Of a stretch of DNA of 64,000 bases, positions 11,125-22,778 are shown piece by piece. The DNA comes from Saprolegnia diclina VS20. Taxonomy: Eukaryota. The number at the start of each line of letters is the position of its first letter. Position 1 is the first letter of the stretch. The translations under genes and the position numbers were made by a program. The stretch lies in assembly GCF_000281045.1 (NCBI RefSeq), contig NW_008246070.1, positions 772,954-836,953 on the forward strand, written 5' to 3'. The notes under the pieces were generated by a model. That model saw nothing but the letters and a program-made list of their open reading frames with translations. It did no database searches and was not told the origin of the DNA.

Positions 11125-13051
11125 TATAGTACTATCGATTTCGTCCAGTGGCGATTGTCCAATTTGGCGAAACTGTGTGTTTACCGTGAAAACTCTAAAA
11201 TTTCGTTGCCATGCTGTTTTTGCTGACTAGATTTTCAAAAATGGAGAACTCCAATCGCGAGAGGTTTGCTGGCCAACGCTTTCCTCAGCAAGTTTTACAT
11301 GACAAAAATACGCAACGCCAAGGATGAAAACGCGTAAAACGTGGCTTCTGGCGGTGTAATCATGGTGTAAAAATTTCGTGGGTCGTTCGGGGCGCTACTA
11401 TCGACACCACCGGACATGTGTGCGAGGGTTTGTGACATCAAGAATAGGTTGCGTCTCCTGAAAACTACGAAGGGCCATCAAGCTCACATTTGGAGAGCAT
11501 GTATGGGTCCATCTCGACTCCGCCGCAATGTTGATAGCAGCGCGCTCTCAATATTTTGAGACGCCACCTCCGATAGAACCAAATGGACCGGCGGACGTAT
11601 TCCAACGCGTCCACCGCCATGGCCGCAACTGGCGATTACATGCATGTATGTAGAAATAGAATGAAAGTAGGCTCGTCAAACGCTTCAAACTTAGAAAGCT
11701 CGGAGTTTTACATGCATTCTGGGTGCGCCGGTATTGCCGGATACGAAATTGGTATCCGGTCGTATTATCCTTTAGCCCGAACCTCGATGGAAAACACCAT
11801 TCCAATTCTCGGGCATCGCTGCTTACTGAAAATGTCGCTACAAGTGGCTCGTTGAAGGCTAGCGCCACGCGTATGCGGTGCTGCGATGCGTAGAGCAGCG
11901 TGTACGAGCAGTTGTAAGAACACCTAACCCTAGTATACCGTCACCTAACCTCGAGCAAGGGTTGTGACCACTGCCTCGAGGTACTGCGCAAGGCTTGTCA
12001 AGGCACATTAAAAGACGAGCTTCTTCTGCAACAAACATATCAGTGTCCTTGAGCTGCATCTCTCAAACAGTCGAGCTTAGACGCAGCGCAGATCAAACAT
12101 GCGTCGACCTACTGTAGGATATATAGACGGGCACAGTCTGACGGGCATGTACGTCGTCTTGACAAGTCATGTGTGAGGCAACTTATTCCTCATCTGTTGA
12201 CGTTGCGCGCTGATCTTACCGCTTTTGCACGCATTTGCAACACATCCGAGGGTGATCATCGCTAACGTCGCGTCTACTGACAACCCATTTCCGATCAGAG
12301 GGAACATGAGCCATTCGCCCTTGGAGGATGGTACATAACGCATCTCATGCAGTCGACTATAGAATGGTTCCACACCCAATATAATACGAGTAGTATGCTC
12401 CCATGCTTCGGCCGAATGAAATCTTGCTGGCGTGGACTCGAACTTTTACCCAAGGCTTGGGCTCAGTCATTTACATAAACACGGGCTACGAAGTGCATCC
12501 CCGGAGCGAGTGCGAGAGTCGCTGTTGCTCAAGTAGGAGTTCGTTCTACCCACACGGTCTACAGCGAATACGCCTGAAATTGCCCTTTCTATATATCTCA
12601 ATCCCTCCCTGCTTGGCGGCTTCGTCCATTGGTCTCCCAACCCGAGTGCCGCCGCGGTTTGCTTGTCCAGGAATTGTGGGAAGGACGCAAAGCGAGCGCG
12701 GAAGGTCAAGAACCTCGGCGAGCAGCCACAGATTAGAACAGCAATTCCATTGGTACACCTCGTACTATCCGCTGCTGAGATCCTTCCGAGACAATTTAAT
12801 AACTAGGGTTAACCCCGCGTTTTTCAGGTAGGGTGTAGTCGAGCTTTTTGGTTTATGTGGGGCATAGGGCCAGTGGGCTATCTAGCGATTTTATAGACTC
12901 CTATACGGAGGCTACCGTATTTACGCCACTTTTACGTATATTTGCGCAATTAGCGTACAATTCCACTCGTTCACACGTTAACAAACCGACAAATCAAAAG
13001 CGAGCTCGTCGGATGGGAGAGCCAATCATTTCTGGTTTGTGCTGACCAACA

Positions 13052-15596
13052 ATGGCGAAGGGCAAGAAGGGTGGCGCGCCGCAAGCGAGCGCCGTCAAGC
13101 GCAAGGCGTACTACAGCGATTCGAGCGACGACGATTCGCACGTCAACTTCAAGCAGGCGGTGCCGCTGGCATCGCTCGAGAACGCGCCGGTGCGCGATTT
13201 TACGGGCGAGGCCAAGCCGGCGCCCAAGCCCAAGAAGAACAAGGCCAACAAGAAGACCAAGTCGGACAAGCCCGTATACATTGCGAACGAGCCTGCGCCG
13301 TCCAAGAAGCAGGCGGTGTCCGGCGAGTCGCTCGAGCAGCGCAAGCTCAAGACGATGCAGCAAAAGGCGATCCGATCTGAGAAGGTCGTGTGGCGCAAGT
13401 TTGGCCGTGAAAACACGCTCTTTGAAGATTACTATGGCGATCTCTTCCAGCTGCCCAAGGACGAGTGGAAGACGCTCAGCCAAGTGCTCGAGAGCCCGCC
13501 GTCCGTGTACTTTCGTATCAACGGTACCCAAGCCCGCGTTTGGCCGGTCGACCCACGTCATGTGTAGAAACGTTCCCGAGCTTGAGCGAAATCGCCAAGG
13601 GCAGTCTCGACTGCGACTTTGACGTGACGGGCGCCGTGCTCAAGCTGCCGACGGGTGGCGAGCGCACGCTCTCCCTCGGTGCGGTGGCGTACGACCCTTC
13701 GATCTTCAAGGTATGTCGATACGCGTCCTGAGTCCATCGACTCATCGGCCTTTTAGGTCAACGTCGACAGCAAACTCTTGCGCAAGACACCGCGGCTCCA
13801 AGCGATCAACAACTTTATTCGCGACCAGACGCTCATCGGGACGGTCCTGCGCCAGGAAGCCATGAACATGCTCCTGCCCCGCTTCCTGGACGTCCAGCCG
13901 CACGACAGCGTATTCTTGCACTTGTTTTGCTCTAAAAGGTGACGTGAATGTGGCATTAGGTCCTCGACTTGCACGGGTCGGGCGCGAGTCGGGCAGCGCC
14001 TTTCGTCGAGCGTATGCTCGACACCGAGTCCAAGGCGCCGACGGGTGTGCTCGTCATCAACGAACCGGATGCCGCCAGCGCGACGAAGGCGGCTCGCGTC
14101 GTCGCCCATACGGTTGGCAACGCGTCCAACGTCCTTGTCACTGCCCACAAGGTTCGCATCGGATTGGTATTTTCATTTATACACGTTTTTCCTAGACGGA
14201 AGAGTTTCCGGAAGCTGCCGACGTGTTCCTCTTTGACTGTGTGCTCTGCTCCGTGCCGTGCTCGGGCGACGGTTCGATCCGCAAGTACCCTGAAAAGTGG
14301 CGCAACTGGACACCGACGTCGGCGTTTGCCACCCACGCGACCCAGCTCGAGCTCGCGCAGAAAGCGATGCACTCGCTCAAGGTACTCGTTTGGCCGTGCC
14401 CTGCGCGATGACGAGTCGCAACTCGCTAGGTCGGTGGTCACATGGTCTACTGCACGCGCTCGTTCCACCCGATTGAGAACGAAGCAATTGTTGCGCAGCT
14501 CCTCCGCTCCAGCAACGGTGCCTACGAGGTACGAGCGTACGATGCTGCAAATGAGACTCAAGCGCGACGTAGCTTGTCGACGCGTCGACACGTGTGCCCG
14601 AGCTCAAGACGCGCGCCGGCGTGAGCGCGTGGAAGGTCTGCAATGACGAGATGACGCCATTTGCGTCGTACGAGGCTGCGTCCGAGGCGCACCGCCGCTC
14701 GTTGAAGCTCCGGCCGTCGATGTTTGCGCCGACCAAGGCCGAAGCCGCGCGCTTCCACCTCGACCGGTGCCGCCGCGTCTTGCCGCACGACAATGACACG
14801 CACGGCTTCTTCGTCGCTGTCGTCCAAAAGACGGCCGAGCACGCGCGCGTCGCTGTCGGGCCCGCGATGCCGTCGGCGCACACGCCTGCGACGGCCAAGA
14901 AGGCCAAGGATGTCAAGCGCATCGGTCTCTACTCCGCGATTGAGCCCAAGCACTATGAACAGCTCGTGGAGCGGTTTGCGCTGGACCTCTCGGAGGACCA
15001 GCTGCTCGAGCACGTCAAGATCTCCAAGACGCGTGACGTGCACTATGTGACACCGGCCGTGGCCGAGGTACTCGTCTGCAAGGATCCTGAGACCTAACGT
15101 CAAGTTGTAGGTGCTGCGTGCTTTTACCGGGAAGCTCAACGCCCACAAGGCGGGCACGGCAGCCTTCCAGGTGCACCAAGGCGCGTACTCGCTCCTGGAC
15201 GAAGGGCTCCACGCAATCTTGCCGCACCTCCACGAACGCATTTTGGGCGTCGACATGGCGCAATTTTCGTCCTTGGGTATTCGTGTTCGAGATGAAGAAT
15301 TGTGGGATTCCATTTTGCATGGTATAGTGTCGACCAAGCAAGCGTGGCTGCAGCACTTGACGCCGCAGGTCCAAGCGCAGCTCGACGACGTCGCCGACGG
15401 CAGCATCGTCCTCGCCCTGGACGAGTCCGAGCCGATGCAGACGAGCGAGCGCGACATTGCCCTTGTGGCCATGAAGCGGCATTCGTCGATCACGGTCACG
15501 GCGGCGTCGAACGTGCTTGGTCGGATGAAGACGCTCATGCTCGAGCTCAATGTCGAAGAAGAGGAGTACGACTCGATGGACTATGACGATGAATAA
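13052..15596 (+). CDS. NSUN2/Trm4-family (NOL1/NOP2/Sun) RNA m5C methyltransferase-like protein with divergent catalytic motifs; about 8 introns
   Basis: RQEAMNMLLPRFLDVQPHD, FDCVLCSVPCSGDGSIRK, GGHMVYCTRSFHPIENEAIV, RVLPHDNDTHGFFVAVVQK. Confidence 0.85.
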
Positions 15597-16333
15597 CCAA
15601 ACCCCTTTAAACTAAATACACTGTATCGATCCTAGTTGCAGCGTATGAAACAGGACCAACCGGCTGTTGTCATCCATGCAGGTACACTGTATCCGAGCTC
15701 GTTGGGACGGAACTCTCCCAGCAACGTCCGACTTGACGATGCACGATGGCTCGTCGCGGGCGTCCACCTCTCTTGGCAGCTCCGTAAATCGAGCCCACTG
15801 TGCAACCCTCCTGTCGGACTACATTGTATATCGTCGACGGCCATTCCTGGTGCTATCCTGCATACTGGCTATCGTAATCGGCGCTCGCAAATCCTGTGAC
15901 TTTGCAGCCAACTCTGCAGCCACATCACTCCTCTCTGCCTCTTTCATACAAACTTCAAGTGCTTTCGGCCGTTCATTGGCAGATATTTAATTTGCGTCGA
16001 CAATAATAATATAAAGTGGCACGAATGAATCGCCACGAACACCACGCGCAATATTAAAAAATACGCGACCCATTTATATAAATACCGCGCGCGCCAACGA
16101 TAAAAATACGTTGGCGACACGCATCTTTTTATATTATTTCAACGCGATCACGACACGCATTTTAATGCCGGCTGCATAGAAACCTAGGCTCCGGCTGCAA
16201 TAAAAATACTCGGTAATCAAGTCAGTCGGTGTCGAATTTTTTTATCCAACCATCCCAACTGGCCGACCGGCAAACTCACCAATGAACTCAGAGTAGGTTT
16301 TGCCGCAGGAGAGCCGACATTGCCCTTGGCGTC

Positions 16334-18293
16334 ATGCAACGTCGTCGCCTGCACCCGACGACCTCGTCGATGACGGCGAAGAAGAAGTCGACCGTCATCA
16401 TGCCGCCGAACAAGCCGACCTCCAAGAAGGGTACATGCGCCGCGCCGCCCTCGCCGCTGACGTGGCGCGTAGACAAAGACCTCAAGAAGGTCAAAAAGAC
16501 GCCCACCAACACGCTTGGCGCCTGGGTGCTGCCGACCATTGAGCCGGACCTTCTAAAGCGCAAGAAGGCGGCGCCGACGCCTCCTCCTGTGCTAACCGCG
16601 CCCGTGATCAAGCCCACCCCAGCGCTGACCATCTCGCGCCAAGAGACGGCGCGTGGCCGCAAGCAGCCGAGCTGGAAGGCGGACGCAGAAATCTCCAAGC
16701 CCATTTTCCCTGTGGATTTGCACGATAGGTACGTCGCTGCCTTGTGCGCAATGGAGGCTGACACATGCAGTAGCCTGCACAAGGAGATTGTCGAGTACGC
16801 CCGGTACACCAAGGCCATTGTGGCCGAGATGGCCATCCACATTGAAAAGACGATCGAGATGGTGCGAAACTGCGTGCGCAAGCTCTGGCCCGACGCCAGC
16901 GTCGACACGTACGGCTCGTATTCGACGGGCATTTGGCTGCCCACCAGCGACATTGACCTCGTTATTCTCGTACGTCCTGTCTCTGCCATATCGACACACT
17001 CGACTTGCTTTGGCTCTAGGGTGTTGGTGACCCGGCCGACTCGCCTGTTGTGCATTTGAAGCGCCTTGCCGCGCAACTCGGCAGTGAAAAGTGGGTCGAG
17101 TCGATCGTGATGGTCGACACGGCCAAGATTCCGCTGCTCAAGCTCGTGAGCCTCGACTCGTCCGTGCCGATCGACATTACGTTCGAGTCGTCCAACACGC
17201 ACAGCGGTCTTTTGGCACGGTACCCTCGGTTCTGAGCCAGTGCCAAATGCTCAGACCACTGTAGCGATCTCGTCAAGAGCCTTGTGGATGAACTGCCGGA
17301 GCTCTACCCGTTGGCCATCGTCTTCAAGCAGCTTTTGCGGGAGCGCGGACTGAACGACTGCTACAGCGGCGGCGTCAGCTCGTACTCGATCGTGCTCATG
17401 ATTGTGCACTTTTCGCAGCTTTGGCGGTATGTCGCTTGCCCTCGACAAAAACTGTTTCAACATTGTCTTGCAATAGAGCTGGTCCCACGGCGTTCAAAGC
17501 CGCGATGATTTATGCGTCCGGGTCGTTGCCGTCGGAAGCCATCACGATTGAAGACACTGTCAATGACAAGGTCGAGGCGCCGGCGCCCGTGTCGCCTGCC
17601 AAGTCCTCGACGACGGCGCCGTCCCCAAAAAAGGCGCCGGCCAAGCCTGTCGAGGCGCTGTCGACTGTGAAATCGTACGCGTCGGTCGTCGAAACCGAGC
17701 CGTTTACGACACTGTCTTACGCTGCCGTGGCCGTGGGCAGCTCGAGCGCCAAGGCGACTCGCCATCCCGCGATGGCCCCGACGAGCTACGCCTCGATTGC
17801 GATGAAGGAAGCGAGCAAGGACGACCACCTCGAGGCAGTGAGTGTGGCGAGCAGCCAGGCCGACACGGAAGATACGTCGGCCGACGAGCGCGAAGACCCG
17901 GACCAGTCGCACTGGCCCGTGTGTCTTGGCGCCCACGCGCTGCGCATGCTAGAGTTTTTCGGCTGCATTTTCAACTACCAGAAGAGCGGCATGAGCGTGC
18001 GCAACGGCGGGTTCATCTTTCGTCTCCACGACGAAGGGCCGTCGCCGTTTGTGAAGGCGCACATGGTGATTGAAGACCCGATCCACCCCGAGCGCAACGT
18101 GAGCGCCGCCAGTTTTGCCTTTCAGAAGGTGGTCGCGCTCTTTGAAGACTCGTATTTTGCGCTGCAGTACTTTCGCCCGACGCGATTCAGCCCGTCGCCG
18201 CTGAGCTGCCTCTTGAGCGGCGCGGGGCACCGCGGCGTCCATCGACGGCTCATGTACCCGGATGACAAGCATCAAGCCACGCACACGGCGTGA
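16334..18293 (+). CDS. Non-canonical poly(A) polymerase / terminal nucleotidyltransferase (TRF4/PAPD5-like)
   Basis: YGSYSTGIWLPTSDIDLVI (GS..DxD), AKIPLLKL..PIDITF, LLRERGLNDCYSGGVSSYSI, PAP-associated MVIEDPIHPERNVS. Confidence 0.88.
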
Positions 18294-18706
18294 GACGACG
18301 ATATAGTAGGGGATTATAACCCGTAGAAAAGCAAGCTAGAGAAACTGTAATGTAATTAACAAGGTAACTTTGAAATCCATAAGTCCTCTTTCAAGCCTCC
18401 TTCTCTTTCAAAGTAGCTTTGAAATACATAAGTCCTCTTCTCTTGAACAAAGGCAGCATTTTCCAGAACTGAGTGGTAACCAGACCGCCGAGAATACGAG
18501 AGCTGGTTGGTGCTGGGCATGAGCTCACTCTCTTCTCGAAGTCGAGTATTGACGAGTCAGTCCGCTGGCCCTTTTCACGCAAAAGCGATTCGGAAGAAAT
18601 GTGTTCCATTCTCAATTCTCAATTCTCAATTCCGCTTTCCTGTGCGATAGTGTACGCGCGTGGACGGTCGTCCGTGGCCTCGTCAATTGCCAATTGACGA
18701 CGCAGC

Positions 18707-19282
18707 ATGACAACCATATCGGCTATCGATTGGCTCTTTAGCGACACCGCGCCGCTCAAGGTCGAGCTCGAGGCCTCGCTCGTCGACGCCGACTACATTC
18801 ACCCGCAAGACTGGGACGAAGTTGAACGGCTCCTCAGCGTTGCCGTGCTACCGCCGACCGCGACAACCACTTCTCCAGCAGCAACGAGCCCCACCCGCCG
18901 CAGCTTTAAGGGCCCGAAAAAGTGCTCGGTCGAGACGTGCGTGAACCGCGTGCGGTCCCGAGGCTTGTGCAAGATGCATGGCGGTGGCAAGCGCTGCCTC
19001 GCGGTTGGCTGTACGACCTGCAGCGTCGGTGGCTTCTTCTGCATCAAGCACGGTGGTGGCAAAAAATGCACGTTTCCCCACTGCAGCAACGTGGTGCAGT
19101 CGCGGGGCATGTGCAAAGCGCATGGTGGCGGCGCGCGCTGCACGCTTCCAGGCTGCAACAAGAGCAGCCAAGGCAAAGGGCTCTGTACGACGCACGGCGG
19201 CGGCAAGCGCTGCAGCGTCGAAGGCTGCACCAAGGGCGCCCAGGCCAAAGGACGCTGCTACTCGCACAGCGGCGACGAGTAG
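18707..19282 (+). CDS. WRKY19-like zinc-finger repeat protein (five CxxxxC..G.C..HGGG modules)
   Basis: CSVETC..RSRGLCKMHGGG, CLAVGC..GGFFCIKHGGG, CTFPHC..SRGMCKAHGGG, CTLPGC..GKGLCTTHGGG, CSVEGC..KGRCYSH. Confidence 0.85.
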   Translation: MTTISAIDWLFSDTAPLKVELEASLVDADYIHPQDWDEVERLLSVAVLPPTATTTSPAATSPTRRSFKGPKKCSVETCVNRVRSRGLCKMHGGGKRCLAVGCTTCSVGGFFCIKHGGGKKCTFPHCSNVVQSRGMCKAHGGGARCTLPGCNKSSQGKGLCTTHGGGKRCSVEGCTKGAQAKGRCYSHSGDE

Positions 19283-20671
19283 AGTCTATAGCGACCCATC
19301 CGGCCAAGACGACGCGGACCACAACACAGCAACACTGTACACTAGTACCATACAATATAAAATGGCCCTGCAGACTATTTCCTACATCCTAAATTAAAAT
19401 GGACATCAATTGTCGTGTTTCACAGGTACAATAACGTTAGACGATGTTGCATCGAGCGTTTCAACCCTGTTAAGGACTCGAACAAGCTGCATTGCGAGCT
19501 GCTGCTTGGTGCCAAAGAAGAAATCATTCCGAGTTTTGCCTCGAGCGCAGCTTGTTGCATGGGGTCCACGCCCGAGCTCAACCCACTTGTGGACCATTTC
19601 CCGTGGGAACGAGTCGATGCACGTGTCGAGCTATCACTGCAACCAGCGCCTGCCTCAGTACGGCATGGCCAATTTGCCGAGCTACACTGTAGGAAGGTGA
19701 TCGTCGAGGCTACTGTTGCTTCGCAACGACGGACGCGCAGCTGAGGGCAAGCTGCCCGAGAGGTTGCGAGTAGCCAGTGAGGAGCTGCATGCTGGTTGTT
19801 CGACTGGGTGCGTCCAATCTGTGGCTGTCGCTGCTTGGGTCGATGACTACAGTGCACCAAGTGCCACTGTTTCCAGGATTCCAGACTGGGATGTGCGAGC
19901 CTCCCACGCCTTCTTTGGCCTTGTTACCAACGACGCCCGCTGTCAACGAATCAAATCGCGCGCCCGCACCTTGTCCATCAACTGCACCCGGCTACTCGTC
20001 GACTTGTGAACATGACGCGCCGTCTATGGGGTCCCGAAAGCGTCTCGCACCCTCACGCCGTCCTTTCCCTGCAACGTTGCCGAGACAACCACACAAGACT
20101 GGACTGGTGGAGGTTCCTTGCACAGCCAAACCAGAAGCATTTGCTGGCATACGTACAGTCGTTGTTCGGGTTCGATGTTCCAACCGAGCAGACTGTATAA
20201 ATAGAGGCCACTCACCCGCTTTTTCTCACCCGTGTCTGAACGGGCAGGCCTGCACCAAGCACCAGTCTCGACTGCAAGCCGCTTCCGTGCATCCTACATG
20301 GTGTCATACCATCACGACGCGAGCGTGCCCGTGCGGAGGCTTGTGCAGGGTGGCGGCTTGACCACACCCTTCAGTTGTGTGTTGTGTGAGCTTCTGTGTT
20401 GCCACGTGTCATTGACATATTGAGACGAAATGAATAAACTGTCGTATATTGAGACACTATTGATATAAATACCGTCGCCACTCGACCGCGTCATTGGCTC
20501 CATCCGCACCATCGAACCACTGACCAGCATCAGATTGGCTAAAAAGAATTGAAATCGTGGCCAATGCAGCCAATGAAACCGTCGGACGAGTGGAAAACGC
20601 TGGCGCGTGGCGATTTGCGCGGAGAACAATCGGCGTTTTGAGCGCTTGGGACACAAACACGCTGCCCGAGC

Positions 20672-22720
20672 ATGTCGGACTGCACGCATGAGCTCGAGGA
20701 CCTCCTCGTCGAAGTCTTCGAGAGCCTCGCCACGGACGGACCCATCCTGCCCGAGCACGTCGCCCGGAAGCTCCATGGCATGGTCCACCTCGTACGTCCT
20801 CCCGCTCCTCGTCCTTCCGAGGCTCATGATGGTCGTCTTGTAGCATCGACTCTGCTCGCACCGGTACAGCTCCGACTTTGTGGGCACGAGCTGCCTCGAG
20901 TGCGGCGAGGCCCGGCGTAGCAACCAGGCGGACAGCGACGAGCTGACGCCCGAAGAGGCCGAGACAGACGTCGAGGTCAGCGCCGTGCTGGCGCGCCCCG
21001 AGCTCGTAGTCGAAGATGCACCGGCGTGGATTGCAATCCAAAAGCAGAACGAGCATCCCGAGTTGCTCATCGAGTGCGACTCGGACGACGACTCGGACGA
21101 CGACGATGGCTTTGTACCGCGCTCCGACTGGGCGTCGAGCCAGGACCACCCTGAGATCGTCATTGAGCTCGAAGGCCCGCCCGTGCAGAGCGCTCAGCCC
21201 AAGATTGTGATCGAGCTCGAGCACGAGCCGAGCTACATGGCCGCCTTGACTGCACACCCCGAGCTTGTCATCGAGATGGACGCGACGCCGGTGACAGCGA
21301 CAGAGACATGCGACGAAGTCAGCCACGTCAATGGCGACGAAGAAGCAGATGACGTGGCAGAAATGCAGAGCCCATCGTTCCTCGCGCTGCCTGCGATTGA
21401 AGAAGAGGACGTCGAGACGTGCTCGGTGGCGTCGATGATGGATGCGCTCGAGTTGGCCGGGAAGCCGCTGGTCCACCTGCCGAGCGTTCCCCAGTCGAGC
21501 GAGACACTGAGCATGCACTCGGACGATGAGACCGTCACGTCGGTGGACCTCGACTTGGAGAACATCCAGTCGCTCAACAACGAGTACGACGAGTTCTTTG
21601 AGTTTATGAACCAGCAGCTCGAGCCAGAAGAGTCGCCCGACGAGATGCCCAGCCCCCGGGCAGCATACACGCCGACGCACAGCAGAAGCAGCAGCGACGC
21701 CAGCGACTCGGAAGATGACGATGTTCGCGTTCTTTACAGCCCCAAGTCCACCGCTAGCACGAGCCCTTGCTCGTCCATCGCCAAGGGCAAGACCTCCGTT
21801 TCTAATGGCCANNNNNNNNNNNNNNNNNNNNNNNNNNNNNNNNNNNNNNNNNNNNNNNNNNNNNNNNNNNNNNNNNNNNNNNNNNNNNNNNNNNNNNNNN
21901 NNNNNNNNNNNNNNNNNNNNNNNNNNNNNNNAGCCCGGTTCCCAGCTGCCCCAAGCCTTGCGTCCGTAACAGTCCAAAGCCATCGTCGACCAGCAGCCCC
22001 AACCCGTGCATCCGCAGCAGCCCCAAGCCATCAATGATTGCAAAGCTGAGTCCGACGCCGCTGTCGTTGGCCAACGACGTCAAACCGACTCCCGTGCGCC
22101 CGAGTGCGATTGCTCGCCCGCGCCTCGAAATTGCAGTGCCCAAGGAGAAGGCGACGACGACGTCGCCGCTCCAGATGACCCGCCGCAATGGTATCCCGCC
22201 GCCTCCGCTGTCCACTTGCGGTGTGGCCAGCGTAGACCGCAAGGCCATGACCACACGCCGCAACTCAGCAGCCATTCCATCGGCGCCCCGGAGCTCGAAC
22301 GGATCCAACGCCAGCAGTTGCTCGACGTCATCGAAAGCCTCGGTGACGCCGCTCAAACGCACGGTCTCGGCGCCCCGCCTCACGAGCCGCAGCAGCACGG
22401 CGTCGCAGTGCGCGAGTGTGACGACGACGCGTGGTCCGTCGGCGACGCCCAAGAAGATCTCGGCTGCCCCAACCCCCCGCAAGCCGCTCACGACGCCTGT
22501 CACGCCGCGCAGCACGGACCAGCGCCACGAGCTCGTGGCCAAGCGCCGCGAAGAGAAGGAGCAACGCGAAGCCCAGGCGCGCAAAGAGGCGTTGAGACAG
22601 CGCGAAGAGCGCCGACTTCTCCTGGAAGCCAAGATGCAAGCTGAAAAGGACGCGCGGGCCGAGCTCGTCCGGAAGCGTCTCCTCGAGCGCGACGACCACC
22701 TTCTCAAGCGTCACGTGTAG
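20672..22720 (+). CDS. Hypothetical, largely disordered protein: acidic region with five PxIxIE-like motifs, SPKP repeats, basic S/T/P-rich region, C-terminal coiled coil
   Basis: MSDCTHELED.. exon, intron about 20792-20843, long open frame to the gap, then an open frame ending in the EEKEQREAQARKEALRQREERR coil. CCAAT boxes upstream. Confidence 0.65.
21812..21931. other. Assembly gap (120 N) adjacent to a coding tandem repeat
   Basis: Run of N followed by repeated cagccccaagcc units. Confidence 1.
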
Positions 22721-22778
22721 ACCGTACCCCTTATTTTATTCACAATAACTACTATAAATCCATCTGTATGATACCTAC

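Noticed and set aside
12770..12835. CTGAGA followed by GGGTTAACCCCGCG, reminiscent of a TPP riboswitch
   Set aside because: Lacks the ACCTGA junction and closing P1/AGGGA elements and is not linked to a thiamine gene
18900..19270. Regularly spaced repeats that could be taken for a CRISPR-like array
   Set aside because: They are coding HGGG zinc-finger repeats in a eukaryotic gene; no CRISPR, tRNA or rRNA was recognised anywhere in the window
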